From: Octopus sinensis
Taxonomy: Eukaryota
Direction: 5' to 3'
Assembly (NCBI RefSeq): GCF_006345805.1
Contig: NC_043001.1
Location: 97,340,001 to 97,404,000 of the forward strand
Length of the DNA: 64,000 nucleotides
The translations under genes and the position numbers were made by a program. Below are positions 52,379 to 64,000 of the stretch, piece after piece. Each line of letters opens with the position of its first letter. The first letter of the stretch is position 1. The notes under the pieces were generated by a model. The model did no database searches and was not told the origin of the DNA. It saw only the letters and a program-made list of their open reading frames with translations.

Positions 52379-52886
52379 AACATTTAAAATATACGTTTAT
52401 ATATTTGTTTTGCAAGATTCTTGATGTGAAATCATGTGTTGAAACAGATGTTGTTGTAATTAGGAATGGTCATTTTGCCAGTTTACCCAATAAGAACACA
52501 CGCACTATATATTTGGTTTTAATTTGCTTCAGCGTTAATTACTTTTTACATTAATCCTAATCTCATTTCGGCCAGCGTTCTTTCGTCACACTCCTGTGAC
52601 CGCATCAGTGGTCCTTTGCTTTTTTCTTTCTTATTTGTTTGTCTCTCCTTACTAACGGTCAGCCCTTTTGTATTTTGTATTCCTATTGTATGTCTTCATT
52701 TGCGCATGCGTATACCTCTATGAGTGTCTATGTTTAGTTATCGTGGGTGTGGACGAAATAAGATTAAGATTAATGTAAAAAATAAATAAAGCTGAAGCAA
52801 ATTAACACCAAATATATAGTGCGTGCGTCTTTGTTTGCTAAACTGGCAAAATGACCCCTCCTAAATACAAAAACATTTAAAATATA
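52379..52886 (-). mobile_element. Fold-back mini element, family 1, second copy, with 10-15 bp target site duplication
   Basis: Homologous to 5000-5468. aacatttaaaatata occurs at both 52379-52393 and 52872-52886. Confidence 0.85.
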
Positions 52887-53536
52887 GTTTTATTTGCAGC
52901 ACGATGAAGCGCACTCAAGTTACCGCAGTAGTTTAAGGGTCCGAGTCACTGTGATCTTCCTAAAAAGGTGGATTCCACAGAAAGGTTAGGTAGAATACAC
53001 TCAAGCTTCGCTGAAGCTCAAACTATTAGACATTTTTATTGGGTACGGGAAAGTGTCAACAGTCGAAGACTTAGGGCTACCACTGAACGAGAAGGCGCGC
53101 AAATAAATAGGTGTATAAATAATTCTTTGTCGATGATTATTATTGCATTGCTACCCATTATTAGCACATCATGGTCCAGAACGGTCATCGGTTTAAGACA
53201 CGATCATAATTTGTCTGTAGTCTCGTAAATTTTGGAAAATGGAAAGTAACTTAATAAACGCTGACTTTATTATCACGCAATATGGCTATACTATACATTT
53301 TATGGGAGACATTGTATTTTCTACGAGCACTTTTATTAAATGTTTTAAACGAAATGAAAATACGCTTTTCTAACAGTGTAAAAATTTTCCAGGAAACTCG
53401 AAGCATCTGGAAATATTCGCTTTCAGAAATTAACGGTTTAATTTGATCAGAATATTACTATAAAATTCAGCCAGCCATTGATAAATAAGTGTAAGTTAAT
53501 TCTATGGCATATATACCACACTTAAATGGTATCTAA

Positions 53537-53572
<36 letters not shown>

Positions 53573-54199
53573 GGGAGAGTTTACGAAAAAAACAAAAGAC
53601 GAAGACAGGTGGTGTACAAAGCAAAGATATATTAGTATAACGCTCAGGAATACATATATTATGCTCTCAGTAAATCATTAATCCGAAAGAGAAGCACACT
53701 GTAAGTCATACAGCAGTAAAGTATTTAGATATAGTTACGGCCGGTGTATGGGTTACGCGGTATTTCGCGTCCGTAAAGCGCTTCGGGTCTGGCTAACACC
53801 ATAAACCGACCATGACTATCTTCACCTAAATATATATGTGTGTGCGCGCGCATATAGATGTGTATGTGTGAGTGTGTGTGTGTGTGTGTGTGTGGTATGT
53901 ACTCATCTACGTATGCATATGCGTCTTGTGTGAGTGTCCGTGATCAAGAACATGCTATTTTTTCTGACTCATTTTTTCATATCTCATTTTCCCTCAACTT
54001 CCTCCTCTTCTTTAAATGTTTCTGCATATTTCGCCGCGTAATGAGAAACCTGAAACGTCAAACTTCTACTTAACATAATATGTTTTTTTCTTTTTTCTAG
54101 GAGCGGCAAACAAATATTTACTGTGAAGGTCTTTTAGATATTTCGTATCTGAATTCATTTGAATACGCGTTTAGTGTTCAGTCTATTTTTGTCACAAGC

Positions 54200-54420
54200 A
54201 CAAGGTCGTCGGTTCGATTTCCGGCGGTGTGTTGCGCTCTTGATAAAGGCATTGATTTCACATTACTCCCGTATAACCATTTGGCAAAAATGAGTAGTAC
54301 CTGCATTTCTATGGTTCAGCCTTGTTACGTGTGAGGTGCCCATCCAGTTGCACGTGAATTTCACGAGGAGGATGTTCGGTTAGTCGAATTAGCTGGAAAA
54401 TACTTCATCGTAACGGACGA
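54200..54420 (+). mobile_element. Degenerate SINE family C copy
   Basis: ggttcgatttccggcgg...ggcaaaaatgagtagtacc...gcacgtgaatttcacgag aligns to the 45.4 kb copy. Confidence 0.65.
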
Positions 54421-55676
54421 TTTTAATTCATCCAGTGTAATCCATTTCGCTATCTCTCTCTATATATATATTTCACCAGGACAAGATATATATCAAGATG
54501 TTCCAGCTGTTATTGTGTCCTAACCATAGGTAATACCTCACAGTATAGAGTATTGGCCAACAAATGTTGGCGTGTTGTGTATCTCCAAAAGAAAGACCTT
54601 AAACTGTAACGGGATGTGGGATGTCGTTCATTACTACTATGTGGCTCGGCCGCTTCAGAAATCTACGAAGCTGTAAGAATTATATGATATTTATCAAAAT
54701 ATTTGCTTATCCGAATTTTAATATTTTTCTAGCTGCATATGACTGAGGGAAATATGTTGATTAGGCAGTAATTCTAGATAAGCTCTACTTTAATATTTTG
54801 TCAGTCATATTTATCAATGACATGCCGCCTATATTATTCAGTAAAATTGGTACTTGTAATACAAGTTGGTAGAAGCAATTGAATATACGATTCCCTCCTA
54901 CGCACATTCGATCTTATATTGAACGAACTAATCAATGTTTGACCTTGTGGACTACAGAATTTACAGAATTAATACTATTTGATACGAAAAGAGCAAATAG
55001 AATAAAAGAGTGAGTCAATATTTTGTTTTAAATAATGTATTGACATAAAACAATAGCTAGTATTTATTATGTCTGAAAATAATATTAACTTTTAAATATA
55101 AAGTACAGTAAGAGAGGAATGACATGAAAGCTTTTGAATATCTTGTTCATGAAAGAAAAGGAATAAAAAAAAAACGTATCGATTATGAATTTTAAAAAGA
55201 TAATTGAGAAGGAAACTAAGCTCTGGGGAAGAAACCTATGTTGTTAATAGACGGAGACAATTCAACGTTCACAATAGATCTGTGGACGACTTTACATTGC
55301 ACTGGAACAACGGTTCAAATATATTAGTTTTCTGTAATGGAATAGATGAACTTTGCAGGGGAAAATAATATAACACAAATATCGTCTTCTCTGTGTTCTT
55401 TTTGCTATTTACCAACGACCATTAGAATATTTACTAATGTAATTATTAATTAAAAAGAAACAAAACAAATTACTTTCATTCAATTGTCATTTATTTGTGA
55501 CAATGGCGTCTGTAAATGTTCCGCCGTTCCTCAAAGTTCATGAAAATTATTATCCACTCCTTTTCTTCTCATTTAATTCTACTATTGCTGATACTACAAT
55601 GATGGTGGCGATGAATCCTACTACTGCTGCTGCTAGGAGTTAGTGTCGGAGGTGGCTGTTTCACTGCTGCCGTTTC

Positions 55677-56051
55677 TTTGTTTGTTTGTTTGTTGAGCGA
55701 AGCGGTCTTCGTCCCAGAGTGTAGTGGGAGAAGTCCGAAACGTGGTCCTTTGCTATTCGTAAGACCCGCAGAAGAGAAAGCAGGTCAACCCCTGACACCG
55801 AGAGCATCGACGGATGGATGAATGCGCATCCAGGCTCAGCGGTTGCGTAGGAAGTCGGGGACAAGAAACACGAAGAAAGAGTGAGTTAAAATTGTAGCGA
55901 AAGAGTACAACAGGGGTCGCCACAACCCCCTGCCGCAACCTCGTGGAGCCTTAGGTGTTTTCTCTCAATAAACACACACAAAGCCCGGTCTGGGAATCGA
56001 AACCGCGATCCTCCGACCGCAAGTCCGTTGCCCTAACCACTGCGCCTCCAC
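55677..56051 (-). mobile_element. tRNA-derived SINE (fourth family) with (CAAA)n tail
   Basis: Minus strand: ggaggcgcagtggttaggg (A box), ggtttcgattcc (B box), tail caacaaacaaacaaacaaa. Confidence 0.75.
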
Positions 56052-56412
56052 TTACTGCTATTGCTGGGTGTCGATGGTGGCTGTTTTGCTGCTGCTGTGA
56101 CATCTGCATTTCTAATCTGCTGATTCCACAATGTTTCAGACCAATTTCGTATTTCGTATTCCTAGTTTCTTAAGTTCTAAGCCTTACCACGAAACAAGCG
56201 TATCGTTGACAGCTAGATGCTTATCTTTTCACCGCTACACTAATATTCGGTCCAATTTTTTGCCTGACGTGATCCAATTTCAATATTCGTCTAATGCAAC
56301 TACTATACTTCTCTAAAAATACAAAACTCTTTAACTGTTCCCAGGAAATTAATATTTCATTTTGTGCACATGATGGACTTATGACTTTATAATATGGAGT
56401 CACTGCAAGAAT

Positions 56413-56757
56413 GCGAGCTAGCAGAACCGTTAGCACGCCGGGCGAAATGCCTAGCGGTATTTCATCTGCCGTTACGTTGTGAGTTCAAATTCGGCCGAGC
56501 TCGACTTTGCCTTTCATCCTTTGCTGATCGATAAATTAAGTACCAGTTACGCACTGGAGTTGATGTAATCGACTTAATCTGTTTGTCTGTCCTTGTTTGT
56601 CCCCTCTATGTTTAGCCCCTTGTGGGTAATAAAGAAACAGGTATTTCGTCTACCGCTACGTTCTGAGTTCAAATTCTGCCGAGGTTGACTTTGTCTTTCA
56701 TCCTTTCGAGGTCGATTAAATAAGTACCAGTTACGCACCGAAGTCGATATAATCGAT
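56413..56757 (+). mobile_element. SINE family A dimer
   Basis: Same tail-to-gtatttcgtct junction as the 37.5 kb dimer. Confidence 0.85.
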
Positions 56758-56776
56758 GCTATGTAGACGTGTATAT

Positions 56777-56821
<45 letters not shown>

Positions 56822-56863
56822 GTGTGTGTGTGAGAGTGTGTGTATTTATATATGTAGATATAT

Positions 56864-57022
56864 TATTTATTTACTACCCACAAGGGGCTAAACACAGAGA
56901 GGACAAGCAAGGACAGACAAACGGATTAAGTCGATTATATCGAGCCCAGTGCGTAACTGGTACTTATTTAATCGACCCCGAAAGGATGAAAGGCAAAGTG
57001 GACCTCGGCGGAATTTGAACTC
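56864..57022 (-). mobile_element. 5'-truncated SINE family A
   Basis: Reverse complement of the B-box-to-tail portion. Confidence 0.85.
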
Positions 57023-57049
57023 GAGGTCCACTTTGCCTCGAGGTCCACA

Positions 57050-57097
<48 letters not shown>

Positions 57098-59065
57098 TGA
57101 ACAGATAGATAGATAAGTACATAAGTAATACGGACAGACAAGCACACATACACATACACAGATACATGCACAAATGAAGACCGAAACCTGTGGCCATACA
57201 TACATGCATATATAGTTACATACATATGTGTATACACATATACAGTGACGCGCATACAAACGTACAAGCAAAAAATCAACAAAAAGAACGCAGGTCTGAT
57301 AACGGGCGGAGTCAAGGACAATCGAAAATGTTGCAGGATGCAACGAAAAGTTTAGAAATAATAAATAAGTAAATGGGTGGAAACGGAATTGTAGAGTGTG
57401 TTAAATAATAAGGCACCAAAAGAAAGTAACTCTCTCCTGAAGCAATAAAATACTAAAATTGTGACTTATTACTTCCGTTTTAGCATCATATTGGAAGTGT
57501 ACCTAAGATCCCTAATTTTATTACCCAGCGTTAGTTTTTTATAACTCAAGAGATCGCCTGCTGCAACGGTTTTCACATCACATACATAGTGCTCCCTCTG
57601 CCTATGTTATATAATCCTGAATATATATGTTTCTTGATTGACTATATTCATCACAGCAAAAGCTGAATACTTAGTGAACATTTTACCATAATATTACATT
57701 ATTCCATCTGATACTTGCAACATTTCTTGTACCAGCAATATTTATACCATGTTATGATATATTGCAACGTTGGACCGAATCAGGTTTATTTTTATTTGAA
57801 GCGAGACGGCTTTATTTTGCTTCTTCGCAATTTTTATTAACAACATCATAAATTCAATACATAGTTTTGATCGTTCTATTTATCATACATTTCAGATTTC
57901 TTTAGAGAAACCAAGCAAAAAGAAATTCCAATATATTCTTGTCTAAGACAGAATCTCCATTTTTAAACATGTATTATTCTCGCGAACAGAGCCAGTGTCT
58001 TTGCCAAACTGACCTGCGTAAATCATTCAACTTATTGAAATGTTTCAAGAAGGATTCAAAACTCACAACTGTTACCACATCCATATTTCGGGGGTAAAGT
58101 GACAAAATATCGACATACCCATTGGTTCAATCAATTGATCCAAAGGCATGTATGTGTGTAAAATAAGGGTTTTCGTTTAATTAAATAACTTATATTATGA
58201 CCATATGTAACGTTTTTCGCATTCATATTTAATGAATATTTTAATGAAGATGCGTATAAATTTAATGACTTTCCAGGCCCCTGTTATTTGTGAAATATCG
58301 ATTATATCTCCTTACTGCAGAAGATATCATTTATGTAATCAGCGACTGCACTACACCCACCAACATATCCCAGGTTCCCGATGCGACCTGACTTAGATGC
58401 TAAAGCAATCTACAATGATATTTTAAATAAGACTATATTCCTCTGGGTTAAATATACAAATTCGTTCTGTTGTTGATTTATCAACAACTCACATGGGCAT
58501 CAAAGGTACATTGGAAATGCATTGACATGCGTACAAATGTCCAACGTGTGCCACAATAACGGCTGGAGTTTGTGGTTTTGAGCGTATAAAAAAAATGTAC
58601 TGTTACACAGTTCAGTTAACCTGCTTTTGCGAATATCTGTTAACAACTTTCAGTTTTTAAGTTCAGTGTATAAAATAACACGGTTTTATTAGTAAAATAA
58701 AAAGTGACAATGTGGAACGGCTATGTTTTCAGAAAAAGAAATCATTCAGTTAATATGTACATTGCAAATACAATTTGTAAGCGGAAAGGTATATCCAAGG
58801 AAGTTACTCACGGGCAATAGGTGACGGTGTTTAGAAGTATAAAATAACAGAATTATACCACAATAAATATAGTTTCTCATGTATACATGTCTACATATAT
58901 TTATGTACCGTTGGCGATTTTTTTCCCTCTGTCTTCACTTCTCTGCATCTTGCCTTCTCCTATGTTTCCGACGAATAGCTTCCTTCTTTCCTGAGCGTCC
59001 AATAATATTATATTTGTTCCACGTCCTCGCGTTGTTGTGTTTTTTGTGCTTTCTTGTTTGGATTA

Positions 59066-59117
<52 letters not shown>

Positions 59118-59118
<1 letters not shown>

Positions 59119-59277
59119 TCGCAGGAGTGGTTGTGTGATAAGTAGCTTGCTTACCAACCACATGGTTCTGGGTTCATTCCTACTGCGTGGCACCTTGCGC
59201 AAGTGCCTTCAGTTATAGCCTCGAGCCGACCAAAGCCTTGTGAGTGGATTTGGTACACGGAAACTGAATGAAGCGTG

Positions 59278-59320
<43 letters not shown>

Positions 59321-59542
59321 TATGTATATGTTCGTGTGTCTGTGATTGCCCCCCCCCAACATCGCTTGACAACCGATAGCGGTGTGTTTACTTCCCCGTA
59401 ACTTAGCGATTCGGCAAAAGAGACCGATAAAATAAGTACTAGGCTACCAGAGAGTAAGTCCTCGGGTCGATTTGTTCGACTAAATGCGGTGCTCCAGCAT
59501 GGCCGCAGTCAATTGACTGAAACACGTAAAAGAGTAAAAGAT
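59118..59542 (+). mobile_element. SINE family B, full-length
   Basis: Head gcaggagtggttgtgtgataagtagc; tail gcggtgctccagcatggccgcagtcaattgactgaaacacgtaaaagagtaaaag. Confidence 0.9.
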
Positions 59543-60278
59543 ATATATATATACGGAAAATAGTTGAAAATATATACTGAGAATGTGTGGCGCCGTAAGA
59601 TGCGGCTAACACAGTGGACCAAACAAGTTCACAGTTGACTGAAAAGTCAACTGTGTCAGCCTTAACTTACAACGCCAAACATTTCCATTGATACTAACGC
59701 ACGCACGTAGCTAGGAACCTACAAAAATTTCTAAGACCTGTCACGTGACTATCCTCTAGCAAGCAAATCCTATAAAAAAACATACTAATTTGAGCCATGA
59801 ACTCTCTATAAAAACGGGGCAAATTTCAGACACTAGTCAGAAGCCACGTCATTCTACTTGAACTTTTTGAAAATCAGTGTAAACTGTGAAACCGGTTAAA
59901 GCTTCAAATATATTCATAGAAATTATTTTGACTATTCTCAGTGCATTTTCAACTACTATTTGTCATATATTTCTATGCGTATGGAATAAAATAACTGCGT
60001 TTTATTTATGTATATATATAGGGAGAGTTTACGAAAAAATCAAAAGACGAAGACAGGTGGTGTACAAAACAAACAGATGTATTAGTATAAGGTACAGGAA
60101 TAGAAAAAGTATTTTACGTTTCGAGCCTACGCTCTTCTACAGAAAGGGACACGGAAAAAAAACAAGGAGAGAAGCAAGGAGAGAAAAAATGTGTGTTGTG
60201 GGTAATGATCCATCATGAGAGAGAGAGAGAGAGAGTGAGAGAGCCTGAGGCATGCGTGCACATTCATCGATGCCTAGA

Positions 60279-60332
<54 letters not shown>

Positions 60333-60559
60333 GCACGCATACATACTTACGTACATAATACATGCATACATACATACATACATACATACCACACTCGAAG
60401 CGACAAGTCACATATTAGGCGTGGAGAAAGTATTTATCGAAAATACGATGAATATTCTTTCCAGCTTTGATGCGAGAATTATCAACCTTATTAAATAACT
60501 GGTTAATCTCCAGATGAATTAACTAAGGGAACCTTTAACTCAAGATCATAGGCATTTTC

Positions 60560-61272
60560 GACTGAAACATATCTTTACCATGCAGAGTGTTACTACAAAT
60601 TCATGGCTGGTTACGACAACGTCAACAACACATCAGAGGAAGAGGAGGAAAACGACACCTCCACAGGCAAAGAGTTCATTTCTAGCTGTATCTATAAAAG
60701 AATCTGTAACTACAAAAAACAAACTTGCTGGAGTATATCAATACCGTAGTTGTTACCCAAATCAGCAGTTGTTCGAAAATGTCATCAGGGTATTATCTAT
60801 GGATGAGGCATGGTGTATCTAAGACATTGTATAATATGATAAATGAGAAATGTGCGGCAAAAGAAATAAGAAGCCACGGTATGATAGAAGGCATAAGCCA
60901 CTCATAATAAGGAGTACTGGTGGTTTACAAAATGTAAACATTATAGGACTGACATAGTGATTTGGGTAGGTGTAGAGAGACTGTGTATGGTTGTGGAAGT
61001 TAGATTCCCTGCGGATGTTATCATAAATCAAAAGATCAGCGACAAGAGAAAATACCAACGCTAATCTATCGAGAAATCTAGAATTACGTTACCCAGATTC
61101 CAAGCGCAGGTTTACATCGCTAATTATGTATGTAACGCAATGAATAAGTAATAATCTTGAGAAATTAGGCTTCTGAAAACCAGAAGGGAGAAAGCTGATT
61201 CGAAGACTACACAAGCAAGCCATCACTGGAATTGTAAAGATCTGTAAAACTTTCCAGAGGTTTAGCATTTAA
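60560..61272 (+). mobile_element. Degraded RLE-type non-LTR retrotransposon 3' part, distinct from the Dong copies
   Basis: ISSCSKMSSGYYLWMRHGVSKTLYN; THNKEYWW...HYRTDIVIW...VVEVRFPADV; LEKLGF...KLIRRLHKQAITGIVKICKTF. Confidence 0.75.
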
Positions 61273-61491
61273 GTATATATATATATACATTATTCTAGTC
61301 AATGATGCCATCTCTGCAAGAAAACTGAAACACTTTCTGCGCATCAATTTCGTGAAAAATATTGTAAGATATTGGTCGGAATGTAAAATAAATGACAGAA
61401 AGAGCTACTGGAGAAGACATATTACCCTAAAGACGTGCAATTTGACAACCCTCTGCTTACGTATGTACATTGTTGCATTTCTGATGTCAAC

Positions 61492-61552
<61 letters not shown>

Positions 61553-61569
61553 TACATATATATACATAC

Positions 61570-61623
<54 letters not shown>

Positions 61624-61816
61624 CATATATATATACGTATATATATCGATACATACTTATATATATATACACATACATATATATATATGCAAATATATAT
61701 ATATACACACACATACATATATATATATACGTATATATATAAAGATACGTACTCATATATATACACATACATATATATATATGCATATATATATATATAT
61801 ACACATTTACACACAC

Positions 61817-61861
<45 letters not shown>

Positions 61862-62544
61862 GCATTTATATATACACACACGCGCACACATATGTATATA
61901 TTAATACACAAATAGATATATATTCGGACGTGTATAGTTTGATAGATAGCTATTTTAATACTTTACTTTCGAAAACAATTTTTGCATTTCCCGTCAGTAA
62001 AATACTCCCGAATAATTTCTATTCGCTAGGCAAGTAAATGATATCGTTTTCAAACTACAACATTTTTTAAAAAATTCTTTATTAACAGAATTTATTTTCG
62101 TTTTTAACTTAAAATTGCCTCTCGGGATATTGATCGTGGCATTACTGTCATCCTTCTCAAACATACATAATACTTTCAAGTTGAATATGGTATCATCTTT
62201 CCCTAGGTAAAATACACAGAGCCACTAACCATAGTTTCCTGTAGTCTGGCTCATCTCGAACGAAACTTTTTAACATCGATTTCTTCCGAAATATTTCTGA
62301 AACTACATTAAATCCTTGAACAATATGAATTTCTGCAAGCCTTTTTCCGAAGTGTTTTTAGCAAATATTATTATAAATTTTTTGCTAGCGTCACAACATT
62401 TTATCTGCTCTTACACAAACAGAAACACTGATGTATTGAGGTTAATGGAATCACTAGACAAAACACCTATACTAAAACGGAATGGAACACTTAAATGTGC
62501 GCACTTCAGAATTATACTCAACTCGCTTTTACAAACATTCATAA

Positions 62545-63830
<1,286 letters not shown>

Positions 63831-64000
63831 TATTATGTGTTTGTATGGTTCTATTCTTAGTGAAATGAATTAGATGGAAAAAGTATATGTTATTGCACTC
63901 GATACGAGAACTAAAATTCTATCTTATAATATTCCTTCTTACGTAAATGAAGTGACTGAAATTGAATAAGGAAGTGTATACAGAAATATACTGTCCGTAG

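Noticed and set aside
58020-58120. LLPHPY as a mariner PHPPYSPD motif
   Set aside because: A single short match with no other transposase motifs.
60105-60145. gaagagcgtaggctcgaaacgta (minus strand; similar at about 21890-21915) as a hammerhead
   Set aside because: It has GAAAC-GUA, but the core cannot be parsed as CUGANGA with a paired 10.1-11.1 stem. Left unresolved.

Overview
AT-rich, repeat-dominated animal genomic DNA. It is most likely from an octopod cephalopod; this is an inference from the repeat types and dense TA/TAA/GATA microsatellites, not from a database search. I could not confidently identify any host protein-coding gene, and most ORFs in the track are translated microsatellites. 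The window holds: (1) a 5'-truncated Penelope-like element (PLE, Naiad-type GIY-YIG) with a long inverted 5' arm and a hammerhead ribozyme (HHR) motif; (2) about 7 small fold-back elements from at least 5 unrelated sequence families, each with a minimal HHR-like motif and mostly the same (TA)n-adjacent layout; (3) a stack of R4/Dong-type RLE LINE fragments in TAA microsatellites (6.6-13.9 kb), plus two more RLE remnants; (4) CR1-type and RTE-type LINE remnants and a Tc1/mariner remnant; (5) many tRNA-derived SINEs, including dimers, a chimera and one interrupted by a locally templated insertion. The most interesting system is the HHR-bearing fold-back mini-retroelements, which include family-wide non-canonical ribozyme cores. 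Coordinates were read by eye and may be off by a few bases.
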